A stretch of 64,000 nt of DNA from Candidatus Latescibacterota bacterium (GTDB lineage: Bacteria > Latescibacterota > UBA2968 > GCA-2709665): the NCBI GenBank assembly GCA_963667175.2, contig CAXXXF010000016.1, forward strand, positions 160,001 to 224,000. Direction: 5' to 3'. A program made the translations under genes and the position numbers. Position 1 is the stretch's first letter, and the number at the start of each line of letters is the position of its first letter. A model generated the notes under the pieces. That model ran no database searches. It saw nothing but the letters and a program-made list of their open reading frames with translations, and had not been told where the DNA came from. Positions 19,369 through 29,697 of the stretch are shown here, one piece after another.

Positions 19369-19519
19369 GGCACACTCACTGCTTTAACGGCCGGTTGCCA
19401 CACTTGCGGTCGAAACTTATCTTTCATGCCGTCACGTCGTCATGGTTGCACGGCGGGCGCCACGTTCGGGTCCGCGCAACCCCCTGCCATCGGAAATCCC
19501 GCGATCACCCGGTTGCCCT

Positions 19520-20119
19520 ATGCGCGGCGAACTACCGACCATTCTCATATCCCCCGATGAACTCCGGGAGAGGGTTCGTAAGCTGGGCGCCCGAATATCG
19601 GCGGACTTCCGCGCCGAGGGCGCTTTCCGGCCGAAGGACTCGAACGCCGGTGAAGAGCGGCTGAGGGACGGGACGTCGCCGTCTCTCATCCTTGTCGGCG
19701 TACTCAAAGGCGCCCTCTTCTTCCTGGCCGATCTGTCCCGGGAGATCTCGGTACCGGTCGAGATCGAAACCATGTCCGTAGCCAGCTATGGCACGTCGAC
19801 GCGGAGCTCGGGCGTTGTGCGGATCCTCAAGGATCTCGATAGGGACATCTCCGGCGCGGACGTACTTCTTGTGGAGGACATTGTGGATACCGGCCTGACG
19901 ATGGAGTACCTGTTGCGCACTCTGGACAGCAGGCGCCCCCGAAGCCTGAAGGTCTGCAGTCTGCTGGATAAACCCGCCCGTCGAGTCGCGGACGTGCCCA
20001 TCGACTACGTGGGATTCTCCATCCCGGACGAGTTTGTCGTGGGCTACGGCCTGGACTACGACCAGCGATACCGAAATCTCCCGTATATCGCGGCATTGAA
20101 GAATTTTCAAACGTCATAA
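19520..20119 (+). CDS. hpt: Hypoxanthine phosphoribosyltransferase
   Basis: VGVLKGA, VLLVEDIVDTGLT and FVVGYGLDY..YRNLP motifs. Confidence 0.95.
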   Translation: MRGELPTILISPDELRERVRKLGARISADFRAEGAFRPKDSNAGEERLRDGTSPSLILVGVLKGALFFLADLSREISVPVEIETMSVASYGTSTRSSGVVRILKDLDRDISGADVLLVEDIVDTGLTMEYLLRTLDSRRPRSLKVCSLLDKPARRVADVPIDYVGFSIPDEFVVGYGLDYDQRYRNLPYIAALKNFQTS

Positions 20120-20280
20120 CGACGGCTTTCTCAACGCCCCGGAAGGAAACCGCACACTGGTGTCATGTCGGAGTTGCTTCGCTGCCTGAAACGTGGTCAT
20201 TGAGCTTGTCGCGAAATGCCCGCGTTTCACGATCCGAAAAAAGGCCGAATTCAGGCAATCTATCTACGGGGAAGAACGCT

Positions 20281-21024
20281 CTAGGTTCCGCGATTCCGGT
20301 CGGGTTCCGCCAACAAACGATTCACGGACGTGAACAACCCTTCAACCATGTGTTCCGTAAGCCTTCCCGTATTTATATTGTAACGGCTGAAGTGGTAACT
20401 GGCAATCAGAATCCGGGAATCACGGTCGAAACGGTAGATCCTTCCGTGCATAAAACGGTATCCTGCCATCTTCTGGATGATGCCGTCCGCCCGCAACAGG
20501 CGCAGCCAGGCTTCAAACGCGTCTCTCCCCATCGCCAGTACAACCCGAATCCGTCTTAACTGTTCCGTTTCCATTTGCAGCCAGCCCAGGCAGGCGCGCT
20601 TCTCGCTGCCGTTCGGCCTGTTCGCGGGCGGGACGCACTTAACGGCGTTGGTAATGTAGACGTTATTGAGTTTCAAGCCGTCGTTCGGGTGGGTGGACTC
20701 CGGCTGATTGCAGAATCCGTGCCGGTAAAGCGCCCCGTACAGCACCCGCCCGGCCCAGTCGCCTGTAAACGGCCTGCCGGTACGGTTCGCGCCGCGGGCC
20801 CCCGGGGCAAGACCGATAACGAGCAGACGTCCGGACGCATCGCCGAAACCGGGCACCGGTTTTGCCCAGTAGCCGCCGGCATTCCCGGTCCGCCTATCCG
20901 TGGAAACGAACGTAGCGCGGTAGTCCACCAGCCGCTCACACCTGGCGCAGTCTGCAATCTGCTCGAAGAACACCCTTTCCGCGCCCGCCTCGCCGCACAC
21001 CCCGCGCTGCGGTCCCACGCCCAT
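20281..21024 (-). CDS. Uracil-DNA glycosylase (family 5-like, Fe-S)
   Basis: CARC, IGLAPG..GANRTGRPFTGD, VKCVPPANRP and YHFS..N motifs. Confidence 0.9.
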   Translation of the reverse strand: MGVGPQRGVCGEAGAERVFFEQIADCARCERLVDYRATFVSTDRRTGNAGGYWAKPVPGFGDASGRLLVIGLAPGARGANRTGRPFTGDWAGRVLYGALYRHGFCNQPESTHPNDGLKLNNVYITNAVKCVPPANRPNGSEKRACLGWLQMETEQLRRIRVVLAMGRDAFEAWLRLLRADGIIQKMAGYRFMHGRIYRFDRDSRILIASYHFSRYNINTGRLTEHMVEGLFTSVNRLLAEPDRNRGT

Positions 21025-21037
21025 CGCGCCGCCTACG

Positions 21038-21070
21038 AAAAAGAGGCGGTCCCGTCGGGCCGCCTCTTTC
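21038..21070. terminator. Intrinsic terminator hairpin downstream of the glutaredoxin gene
   Basis: AAAAAGAGGCGGTCC-CGTC-GGGCCGCCTCTTT. Confidence 0.65.
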
Positions 21071-21095
21071 GAAATTGCGAATTGAATCCGATTGG

Positions 21096-21458
21096 TTAGC
21101 TTCCCGGCCTGTTATTGAAAAAAACCGCCTGTTGCGACCGGGCCATGGCCTCGTGTTCCTCGTCGGTACAAGAACTGTCGGTGGGAACATCGGGATCGGG
21201 GCCAGCGGGCCGGTATCCGCCTCGAACCAGATAGGCTTCCAATTCGTCGCCGCTGATGTCGGCCAGAATCTGTCCGTTGAAATCGAGGGTCGGCTGCAGC
21301 GGTTGCCCGCTCTTCCGCACCATTTCCTCGTAATTCTCCGGAACGTTGATAATATCCTTGTCTTCGTACTCGAGCCCGTATTTGGCCAGTACCGCCCGGA
21401 TGCCCCGGCTCCACCCGCATTGGGGTTTGAGATACGCGGTAATCGTGGGATTACCCAT
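21096..21458 (-). CDS. Glutaredoxin-like protein
   Basis: YLKPQCGWS (CxxS) and SGQPLQPT motifs; GGAG RBS. Confidence 0.85.
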   Translation of the reverse strand: MGNPTITAYLKPQCGWSRGIRAVLAKYGLEYEDKDIINVPENYEEMVRKSGQPLQPTLDFNGQILADISGDELEAYLVRGGYRPAGPDPDVPTDSSCTDEEHEAMARSQQAVFFNNRPGS

Positions 21459-21631
21459 TCGAGACTCTCCTTTTCCTTGAATTAGCCACCGGAACACGAT
21501 GATTTCCTCTGTCATCTAACATAACGAACTTCGCCGTAATTTGCAAGTCCAATCGCCTTTTGTGCGGACCGTCCGGGTTCTTCCGGGCGCACAGTGCCGA
21601 ATATTCGTGGCAGCGGTTGACGCCACGCGGG

Positions 21632-21934
21632 TTACTCCGCGGCATTCACCGCATCGGCAAAATCGAGGTCCGCTCGGGTGACGGCGTTTTCGCTATGCGT
21701 CGTTACCGTAACCGTCAGGGTCTTCTTCCTGCTGTCAAGATGGATGTCCGAGTGATGGTTGTTGGTGTCCATGACCTGTGTAAGCGTGCGCACAAAGGCC
21801 ATCGTGGGGACGAACTTCTGAAATCTCCATATTCGGTGAAGCGCCTTGCTTTCCCGATCGTATTCCCACCCCTCCAGATCCTTCAGGGCTTCCAGGATCT
21901 GCTCCTCCGTCACCAGGGTTTTGTCCTCGCGCAT
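21632..21934 (-). CDS. Pterin-4-alpha-carbinolamine dehydratase
   Basis: LEGWE, NHHSDI and TTHSENAVTRAD motifs. Confidence 0.88.
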   Translation of the reverse strand: MREDKTLVTEEQILEALKDLEGWEYDRESKALHRIWRFQKFVPTMAFVRTLTQVMDTNNHHSDIHLDSRKKTLTVTVTTHSENAVTRADLDFADAVNAAE

Positions 21935-22084
21935 AACCGCCTCCCTTGAAAATGACAACCCATGACATATTGCGTTAGACCGCGCCTTCCGCGCCAGTCG
22001 ACCTGAATGCCTGTCGTCCGTAACCCGTCCCAAAGGGACCGGCGTCCGGTTCGGGAGACAATATACCAGGAATTCACAGGACGA

Positions 22085-22726
22085 TCAATCCCCGCGGAGG
22101 TTCCCGGCAACTCCCAGCGCCCGCTCATATTCTTCCGGGGTATTGATGTTTCGCAGCGAATCCAGTTCTGGATCCACGCCCCTCAACTCGGGCGCGGACA
22201 AGCGGCGGCAGTCACAACGTTCCGCCAGCATCGTGAGTCTGAAAGCGCCGGTATCCAACATGTCCTGAATCGCCGGGAGTACGGACACCCGATAGACGGC
22301 GGCAAGCGGGTGCAGACGACCGTCTACGTACGGCATGGTGATATCGGCTTCGCAGGCCAGACGCGCAAGGCGCCGAACAAAATCAGGGCGCAGAAACGGC
22401 GCATCGCAACCGCACACGAACGCCGCATCGGCGTGCCGGGAAATGGCTTCAAGACCCGTCGCCATCGCCTCCAGAGGCCCCCTGCCCGGCAGCCGATCCC
22501 GGATGACGCCCACGTTGTCGGGAAGGCCCGGCAGTCTCTGTCCCTGCGCCGCAACCACAAGAACCGGATCCAGCGTGCCGGCGAGCACACGAACCACGCG
22601 CTGCAGCAGCGTTTCTTCGCCGAAGCGCAGCCAGGCCTTGGGTGATCCCATCCGTCGGCTCTGTCCGCCGCACAGCACGATGCCGCCAAGCGAGATCACG
22701 CCCTCTTCGGCGTCCATAGCGGCCAC
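22085..22726 (-). CDS. mobA: Molybdenum cofactor guanylyltransferase
   Basis: VLCGGQSRRMGSPKA, GPL, CDAPF, HPLAAVY and NINTPEE motifs. Confidence 0.9.
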   Translation of the reverse strand: MAAMDAEEGVISLGGIVLCGGQSRRMGSPKAWLRFGEETLLQRVVRVLAGTLDPVLVVAAQGQRLPGLPDNVGVIRDRLPGRGPLEAMATGLEAISRHADAAFVCGCDAPFLRPDFVRRLARLACEADITMPYVDGRLHPLAAVYRVSVLPAIQDMLDTGAFRLTMLAERCDCRRLSAPELRGVDPELDSLRNINTPEEYERALGVAGNLRGD

Positions 22727-22738
22727 GGCCTGCTCCTC

Positions 22739-23686
22739 TCAGTCGTGCTTACTGCTTGCATAGTGGTTCTGCAACGGATCCAGGCCAAAGTCGTTCTCCA
22801 GGTCGCGCAGTACGGAGTGGACGTGGTTTGCGTCGTTCTGGGTGTTGTCGTATTCCACCAGATGGGTTGGGCCATGGATCCGGTAATAATGCTTCTCGCC
22901 GGGTTGTATCCCGCCGGCCCAGGCGAAGTGAAGACGGTCCACTCCCGCCTTTCGAATGCGCGCCAGATGAGCCTGCGCAAGGTCCGGCCGGAGGTTCGTT
23001 GCGTACACCTCCAGAATCCGCATCACCGATTCCTTCTGCGGCGGCGGCATTTCAGAAACGGGCAGACCCTCCGGATCGCCAATCCGCGCCGACCTGCTGT
23101 TTCGAGTGAGGATATCGCTGGGCGCATCCGCCGCGATCCGGACCGCGGCCTGCAGATCCCCGGGCAGCGTATTCAAAATGCCTCGCGCCAGGTCCTCTTC
23201 ATCGCGCAGCACGCGCCAGCCCTGCCGCTCTCCGGAGGGCACACGCGCCGGGTTCGCGCCCCAAAAGGCCGGTGTGGACGACACCTCTTTTTCCTCGCCG
23301 ACCGAAACCGTCAGGGACAGGTGATGACCGTCGATTCGCCAGCCCCAGGATCCTGTTCCCGATGCAAGATCGCCAAACAGCGTCAGAAAATACCCATCCG
23401 GGTCCCTCCGAAATCGCGAGGTCGTCTCCGCCTCGATCTGTCCGAGGATGCCCTCGAGAACCATGATGTCCAGCGCTTTCTGATATCCGTCGTCGCTGAG
23501 CGCGCATTTCAACAGACGATGGGCCGCGTCCCGCTGGGCCTGCGACATTTCCCTGAAAGGCACGCCGTTCCGCTCGACGGGTACGTAATTCCAGTTGAAA
23601 CGCTCTTCGTGTTCGAACGCAAACAGGATCCGCTTCCGTTGTTCCGCGGTGAGTTCGTTCATGAAATCCTGAGCTTTGCGCAGCAT
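22739..23686 (-). CDS. DUF3500-domain protein
   Basis: RFNWNYVP, WGWRIDGHHLSL, YYRIHGP..LVEYDNTQ..ANHVHSV.RD motifs. Confidence 0.9.
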   Translation of the reverse strand: MLRKAQDFMNELTAEQRKRILFAFEHEERFNWNYVPVERNGVPFREMSQAQRDAAHRLLKCALSDDGYQKALDIMVLEGILGQIEAETTSRFRRDPDGYFLTLFGDLASGTGSWGWRIDGHHLSLTVSVGEEKEVSSTPAFWGANPARVPSGERQGWRVLRDEEDLARGILNTLPGDLQAAVRIAADAPSDILTRNSRSARIGDPEGLPVSEMPPPQKESVMRILEVYATNLRPDLAQAHLARIRKAGVDRLHFAWAGGIQPGEKHYYRIHGPTHLVEYDNTQNDANHVHSVLRDLENDFGLDPLQNHYASSKHD

Positions 23687-23965
23687 GGTAACTCTCCCCG
23701 TGAGGGTACCTGTGGTCAAGAGTTGGTTCTCGCGATTGACGCCGTCAGTTGGACGAATCGCCTTCAGCCGCGTGGAATTCCGCGAAGTACTGCTGGTTGT
23801 TCGTCGTTTCGCTCGCTTTGAGCGCCACAAGGATAGGGGCCGGACGCGACGGCCGGGGGGCCGATTCGATGCTGGAAAGCCATGGTGTTTTCAAGTCGTC
23901 AAAAAAATCCCGAAACAACGCGCCCTCGGCTGTTACGGGATGGGTGGTCGGAATCGGAGCGACAG

Positions 23966-24988
23966 TCAGGCGGCAACACCCTCCATCTCCGTAACGTATT
24001 TGCCGTAACGCGCGGCGCCGTTACAGCTCGCCCTGTGGTAAAACATCTTTTGCGCCGCCGCCACGTTGGCAGCCTGACCCTTCCAGACGGCGCGGGCCGG
24101 ATCCTGTAACGCCCTCCCGTAAGAATAACTGAGTTCCCACGGGAAGCCGCCGATCTGATTCATCGCGTTCAGGTGCAACGTGGAGAGTTCCGGGCTCTGA
24201 CCCCCGGACAGAAATACCACACCCGGGACGGCCGCAGGAACCGTGCGCCGGAGGCACCGGACGGTCGCTTCAGCCACCTCCTGAACGCCCGCCTGTACCG
24301 GACAGTTGGCGCCGGACAATACCATGCTGGCTTTGAGCAAAGTACCTTCGAGAACGACCCCGTGCTCTCCCAACTCCGAAAACACGTTGCGTAACACCGA
24401 TTCGGTTGCCTGCTCGCACTGCTCGATAGTATGGTCGCCATCCATCAGCACTTCGGGCTCTACGATGGGCACAAGACCCACCTCCTGGCACTGGACTGCG
24501 TACCGCGCAAGGGCGTGGGCATTGGCCTGGATGCACGCACGCGTGGGAATCCCGCCGCCGATCGCGATGGCCGCCCGCCATTTGGCGAATCGGGCGCCAC
24601 TCTTGTGATACGCTTCCAACCGGCTCCGGAGTCCGTCCAGACCCTCGGTTATCTGTTCATCCGGAAATCCCGCCAACGGCACGAGCCCGGTGTCCGCCTT
24701 GATACCGGGAATCATCCCCCGGTCGGTCAGCAACCTGGGAAACGGCACGCCGCCGATCGAGGCCGTGTTCAGCGTCTCCTCGAACAGAATGACGCCGCTG
24801 ATAAAATCCGCCAGGTCCGGTGTCGTGAACAACATATCGCGATACGCGCGCCGTGCTTCGGCTGTGGGTTCCACGCCGACGTCGGCAAAACGCTTCGTGA
24901 TGGTACCCATACTCTCGTCTGCCGCCAGAATTCCTCTGCCCGCGGGTACCAGTGCGCGAGCCGTGGCTTCGAGTTCCGCTCTTGACAT
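23966..24988 (-). CDS. Class I fructose-bisphosphate aldolase
   Basis: GILAADES, GARFAKWR, VPIVEPEV, FLSGGQS and SYGRALQ motifs. Confidence 0.95.
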   Translation of the reverse strand: MSRAELEATARALVPAGRGILAADESMGTITKRFADVGVEPTAEARRAYRDMLFTTPDLADFISGVILFEETLNTASIGGVPFPRLLTDRGMIPGIKADTGLVPLAGFPDEQITEGLDGLRSRLEAYHKSGARFAKWRAAIAIGGGIPTRACIQANAHALARYAVQCQEVGLVPIVEPEVLMDGDHTIEQCEQATESVLRNVFSELGEHGVVLEGTLLKASMVLSGANCPVQAGVQEVAEATVRCLRRTVPAAVPGVVFLSGGQSPELSTLHLNAMNQIGGFPWELSYSYGRALQDPARAVWKGQAANVAAAQKMFYHRASCNGAARYGKYVTEMEGVAA

Positions 24989-25082
24989 CGACAACGACCT
25001 CACTTCCCGGTGATATACGGCATGCTTGCATATGCACCGTAGAATATACGTTATAATTGGACGCTGTCCAGCAGATTCGGGT

Positions 25083-26045
25083 CTATATTCTGGGGTCCGT
25101 GAGATCTTCGCCGGCCCCTTGTTCGGCATCCGGGGTATCAAACGTCCAAACGTCGTTGTAGACAGTGCTTCCCGCGATGGACCCGCTGTACCCGCCGAGC
25201 AGCCAGATCTTCTCCCGAAAGTCCAGGCACGGAAACGCGTGGCGAATCCCCCACGGCGCGGCGCGGTGACTGCGCTGCCACGTCCGGCCGTCGCGGGAAT
25301 ACCAGACGTCGTTCATATTGATTGCCGGCTCGATGGCCCCGCCGGCAATCCACATCTTGCCCGCGTATTTGAAGCAACTGTGGAACCGCCGGGGGTTCCA
25401 GCCCGCATGGGTAGCCTCCTGTTTCCACGATACGCCGTCCGAAGAACTCCAGACGTCGCTATGGTTGACACGGCGATCGTGATAATTTCCTCCTCCGAGA
25501 ATCCACATCCTGTTTCCGTGTTCGATGGCCGGAAACATGGCGCGCAAGGCCCATGGGGCGCGTTCCACAACCAGGTCCCACCGTTGCCCGTCTTCCGAGC
25601 ACCACACGTCGCTGTAATGGTCCTTCCGCTCCCAGTTGAGCCCGCCGAGAACCCAGATCCGGTTATCGTAGACCAGACTGCCGAACGCGCCGCGACACCC
25701 CCACGGGGCCTGATGTGTCACCCGATCCCAGTTTCGGCCGTCGCCAGAACACCAGATATCCCCGAACGTGTGAACGCCGTCGAATCCGCCCATCAACCAT
25801 ATTCGGCCTCGCAAGACCACGCAGCCCGCCAGATTCCGGGCAGGCCAGGGCGCCGCCGGCAGCAGGCATTCCCACGTCAGACCGTCGGTGGAACGCCAGA
25901 CGTCGTTCAGGCGCGGAAAGTTTCCGGGACCCAGCATCTGCCAGCCGCCGAGCAGCCAGATCTGATCCCCGAAGACCGCGGCTCCCGGTGAATCTCTGGG
26001 CGGCCACGGCGCGGAGCCGGTGATACGGTTCCAGGTCGCGGTCAT
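25083..26045 (-). CDS. Kelch-repeat beta-propeller protein
   Basis: Six repeats of APWxxR...IWxxGG...DVWxSxDGxxW. Confidence 0.88.
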   Translation of the reverse strand: MTATWNRITGSAPWPPRDSPGAAVFGDQIWLLGGWQMLGPGNFPRLNDVWRSTDGLTWECLLPAAPWPARNLAGCVVLRGRIWLMGGFDGVHTFGDIWCSGDGRNWDRVTHQAPWGCRGAFGSLVYDNRIWVLGGLNWERKDHYSDVWCSEDGQRWDLVVERAPWALRAMFPAIEHGNRMWILGGGNYHDRRVNHSDVWSSSDGVSWKQEATHAGWNPRRFHSCFKYAGKMWIAGGAIEPAINMNDVWYSRDGRTWQRSHRAAPWGIRHAFPCLDFREKIWLLGGYSGSIAGSTVYNDVWTFDTPDAEQGAGEDLTDPRI

Positions 26046-26187
26046 CCTGCGGGTGTGCCGCCCGAAAAACCCTTCAAGCTGCGGACTTCCCTTTTTTGTT
26101 TTCCAACGTCTCGCTTTTCCGATATATTTGACATCTGTCACGTCCGAAGTCGCGAATCGACGAAACCCGGGGCGCTGCCGCAATCCT

Positions 26188-27006
26188 ATGTACCGTACAC
26201 TCGTTTACGCCGTCTTCAGCCAGCTCGCCGTTGGCGGGTTGTTATCGATGCTGGTCGTTCCACTTGAAGCCGGCAGACGTTTTTTCCGGTTCTGCGCACT
26301 CGCCAGCCTCGTGTTTCTCCTCCTGGCCCTCACGCTGGGGCCTTACCCCGTCCTGACGCCATTGGAGAATGGCGCGACGGGCGGCTTGCTGCCCCGCTTG
26401 TTGTTGTCGACCTGCGCCCTGCTCGCCCTGGTCTATCTGCTTGTGGTTCTCGCCGAACGTATAAAGCCGCAGAAGCCACTGCTTGCAGCCGCGGGTCTGA
26501 CCGGCGCCGCCGGGTTGCTGTCGGACGGCTGGACTGCCTGCGCCGCGTGCCCTCCGTCATATGCGAGCCTGTTGACCGCGGCGTGTTATCTGATCTCCGC
26601 CCTGTTCCTCGGCAGCGTCATTTTCGCGATGATCCTGGGTCACTGGTACCTCGTGGTACCCGCGCTCCATATCCGGCCCCTTCGCGCCCTCACGCGATTG
26701 ATGCTCGGCGCGACGCTGGCCAAGGTGATGCTGACCGCGGCCACGATGTGCGCCTTCTGGGCGGACGGCGACACGTCGATACGCGAAACGCTGCGGTCTT
26801 TCTGGGGAATCGGCGGTCTATTCCTCTGGGTGAGGGTACTCTTCGGATTGCTGGGTCCGCTTATTGTGGGTTTTATGGTCTGGCAGACCGTGAAGATTCA
26901 CTCGACCCAATCGGCCACTGGCCTGCTATACGTGGCGACGATTTTTGTGCTGATCGGGGAGTGTGTTTCCGCCTATATTTTCTATACAACCACCATACCG
27001 GTTTAA
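26188..27006 (+). CDS. Polytopic membrane protein (LGHWYL family)
   Basis: About 8 hydrophobic segments; AMILGHWYLV and STQSATGLLY motifs. Confidence 0.8.
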   Translation: MYRTLVYAVFSQLAVGGLLSMLVVPLEAGRRFFRFCALASLVFLLLALTLGPYPVLTPLENGATGGLLPRLLLSTCALLALVYLLVVLAERIKPQKPLLAAAGLTGAAGLLSDGWTACAACPPSYASLLTAACYLISALFLGSVIFAMILGHWYLVVPALHIRPLRALTRLMLGATLAKVMLTAATMCAFWADGDTSIRETLRSFWGIGGLFLWVRVLFGLLGPLIVGFMVWQTVKIHSTQSATGLLYVATIFVLIGECVSAYIFYTTTIPV

Positions 27007-27021
27007 CAGCCCGTTGGCCCC

Positions 27022-27510
27022 ATGGAAATCAGTTTCCGCTGTTGCGACTGCCAGGCCGTCAACCAGGTTCGGCCTTCGAAGGCCGAGACCTCGTGTACGG
27101 CCTGCGGCCGAACGTTCCCAATGGCGTTCTCGGAAAATATCTTACACGGCAATCAGGTCGACGTCTGCCCCCGATGCGAAAAGACCGACTTTTTCGTCCA
27201 AAGAGACTTCAACGGAAAAATCGGCCTGGCGATCGCGGTCCTCTTTGCCGTCGTTGGGCTGGTTTTCGTCGCGCTGGACCGCCCCATTTACTTCTACGTC
27301 TGTCTTTGCGCGGCCGCGATGATCGACCTTGCGCTGTACCTGTGCCTGCCGGAAATCACGATCTGCTACAGTTGCAAGACTGCTTTTCGGGGGGCTCGCA
27401 AAAACCCGAAGCATCAACCGTTCGACCTGCATATTGCAGATATGTACGACAACCGCACCCAGGGGATGACACGCGATGAAGCGGGGACGGCAACCGGTAG
27501 ACCGGGTTGA
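27022..27510 (+). CDS. Zinc-ribbon membrane protein
   Basis: CxxC pairs (CCDC, CTAC, CPRC, CYSC) flanking two TM helices. Confidence 0.8.
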   Translation: MEISFRCCDCQAVNQVRPSKAETSCTACGRTFPMAFSENILHGNQVDVCPRCEKTDFFVQRDFNGKIGLAIAVLFAVVGLVFVALDRPIYFYVCLCAAAMIDLALYLCLPEITICYSCKTAFRGARKNPKHQPFDLHIADMYDNRTQGMTRDEAGTATGRPG

Positions 27511-27584
27511 CTGACGTCAACCGGCCCATTGCCTCTGCGGCAATTCCGGCGCCACAGCTGGTGTTCGTACCGGACTCGCGGCTG

Positions 27585-28154
27585 TCAATCCGCGGCGCCA
27601 AAGGCCAGTCCCAGGCTGATCCGGAAAGAGGAGTCCGCTTCGTCGTCGGCGATCATCATCTTGATTTCACCGAACCAGAGCATCCCGGGCCCGAACCGTC
27701 TGCGGAACCCGAGGGGAACGTTCAGGGTCACCTTCGTGTCCTCCGGGACATTCACGTTGATACCGCCGCCCTGCCCGTCGGGCTCGATAATGTCCCATCT
27801 CGACAGATGGACGCCGATTCCGCCGCCCACGTAGCCGAAAGTATCGCCCTGGCCAAAGATGAACTGGGCTTCGCCGTTAATGGAATAAACCCTCAGGGTG
27901 GGCTGGATAACCAGGTCCACACCGGGAACGAGACGGAGACGCGGAATGAAGATGGAACCGAAGTCGACGTGCCCGCCGACCGCCAGCCGGGCTGAGTCGA
28001 ATTCATACCCCACGTACTCCTGGGACTCCTGACGCGTCAGGTCCACACCAGCCTTCAGACCAAGCCCGCGCAAGCCGAGCGCGTCTGCCCGGCAGTGACC
28101 TAAAACCAGGCAGGCGGCAATCAGACCAAACGTCCACCTCGTACACTGACGCAT
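27585..28154 (-). CDS. Outer-membrane beta-barrel-like secreted protein
   Basis: Signal peptide; amphipathic strands (GLGLKAGV, YVGGGIGVHL, FRISLGLAF). Confidence 0.75.
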   Translation of the reverse strand: MRQCTRWTFGLIAACLVLGHCRADALGLRGLGLKAGVDLTRQESQEYVGYEFDSARLAVGGHVDFGSIFIPRLRLVPGVDLVIQPTLRVYSINGEAQFIFGQGDTFGYVGGGIGVHLSRWDIIEPDGQGGGINVNVPEDTKVTLNVPLGFRRRFGPGMLWFGEIKMMIADDEADSSFRISLGLAFGAAD

Positions 28155-28236
28155 AGGGATGCCTCCCTGTTTCCGTTTTCGCCCGGCGGCGGGCGCCCCG
28201 TTCAGGCAATGTTTCACGTCGCCCGCAATCGCGCCA

Positions 28237-29328
28237 TTATGCGTTGAAGAGGAAGCGGATGACGTCGCCGTCCTGGACGGCATACTCCCTTCCTTCGGTG
28301 CGCATCCTGCCCGTTTCACGCAACCCGGCGACGCCGCCGGCGGCCAGGACGTCCTGGTAAGCGGCCACGTCCGCCCTGATGAACCCGCGCTCCATGTCCG
28401 AATGAACCCGCCCCGCGGCGGCTGGAGCCCGCGTGCCTTCAGGAACTTCCCAGGCCTGCAGCTTCTCGTTTGCCGTGGTGTAGAAAGCGATCAGCCCCAA
28501 CAGGGCGTAGCCCGCGCGAATCAGCCGGATTACACCCGGCTGCGCCAACCCCATGTCCGCCACAAAGACCTCACGGTCGGCAGGCGGCAATTCGGCGATC
28601 TCCGCTTCGATCTGTGCCGCCAGGACAAGGACGCGGTCGGCGCCGACCCTCTCCCCCAGCCTGGCCGTCGGGCCGCCCCCGTCAGGCAGATCCGATTCCG
28701 AGACGTTCGACGCGTACAACACGGGTTTGGCGGTAAGAAAGTTGAAGGGCTTCAGGACCTCCAACCGCGCTTCCGTCAGATCCTGATCTCTCAAGGGCAG
28801 AGACCGCCCCAGCCCTTCGATGGCCCCCCTGAGGGTTTCATACGCGAAGCGTTCAGGGGCGCGGGGATTGGAACGCAGGATGCCTTCGAGCCGGCGCGCG
28901 ATCCCTTCGGCCGATTCGAGATCGGCCAGTTCAAGCTCGGTTTCGACGGTTTCAACGTCCCTTACCGGATCGGCGATGCCATCCACGTGCGGCACGTTTT
29001 CGTTATCGTAGGCGCGGACGACGTGAACCAGCGCGTCGACCTCTCGAATCCGAGCCAGAAACCGGTTGCCCAGACCCTCGCCGCGACTGGCCCCCCGCAC
29101 CAGACCGGCAATATCCACAAACTGAACGAACGCGGGAACGCAGGCTTCGGGCGCGAGCAGTTCATTCAGCCGTTGAAGGCGCTCGTCCGGCACTTCCACG
29201 ACGCCCACATTCGGTTCAACGGTACAAAAGGGATAATTCGATGCTTCGACGCCGGCCCTGGTGAGCGCATTGAAGAGGGTCGACTTGCCCGCGTTTGGCA
29301 GGCCGATGATGCCGATATTGAGGGCCAT
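28237..29328 (-). CDS. ychF: Redox-regulated ATPase YchF
   Basis: GIIGLPNAGKSTLFN, NYPFCTVEPN, DIAGLV and GFIRA motifs; 363 aa. Confidence 0.95.
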   Translation of the reverse strand: MALNIGIIGLPNAGKSTLFNALTRAGVEASNYPFCTVEPNVGVVEVPDERLQRLNELLAPEACVPAFVQFVDIAGLVRGASRGEGLGNRFLARIREVDALVHVVRAYDNENVPHVDGIADPVRDVETVETELELADLESAEGIARRLEGILRSNPRAPERFAYETLRGAIEGLGRSLPLRDQDLTEARLEVLKPFNFLTAKPVLYASNVSESDLPDGGGPTARLGERVGADRVLVLAAQIEAEIAELPPADREVFVADMGLAQPGVIRLIRAGYALLGLIAFYTTANEKLQAWEVPEGTRAPAAAGRVHSDMERGFIRADVAAYQDVLAAGGVAGLRETGRMRTEGREYAVQDGDVIRFLFNA

Positions 29329-29427
29329 ACTCGCTGGCAGGATACTGCGGACGCGTTCGCGCCCGAAAAAAAAACAGCCAGAGGCTAAACTTAATCCGCT
29401 GGCCGACAGAAAGTTGACCAACTAACG

Positions 29428-29694
29428 TTAAAGCCCGCCGCTGATGGCGGTGACAAAGTGGACCTCGCTTTCCGCCTCTACCCTCTGACGCATTCCGTCG
29501 TTGCTTACGATGCCGTCGATTGCAACCGCCAAACCGGGCCTGATACGGCCATCGTCACAGATCCGCTCCCTGATTCCCGGAAACTCAGCTTCGAGGTTCT
29601 CGATGACCTCCCGTATCGTCTCTCCCGGTACCTGAACCTGCTCCAGGCCGTCGGTGAGACGACGCATGAGAGACGGAATCCAGACCTCCGGCAT
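29428..29694 (-). CDS. MoaD/ThiS-family ubiquitin-like protein
   Basis: VWIPSLMR...AISGG(L) C-terminus. Confidence 0.88.
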   Translation of the reverse strand: MPEVWIPSLMRRLTDGLEQVQVPGETIREVIENLEAEFPGIRERICDDGRIRPGLAVAIDGIVSNDGMRQRVEAESEVHFVTAISGGL

Positions 29695-29697
29695 GGC

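Noticed and set aside
25083-26045. Periodic DNA similarity suggesting a CRISPR or tandem array
   Set aside because: Explained by six Kelch repeats in a coding sequence; no repeat-spacer array seen anywhere in the window.
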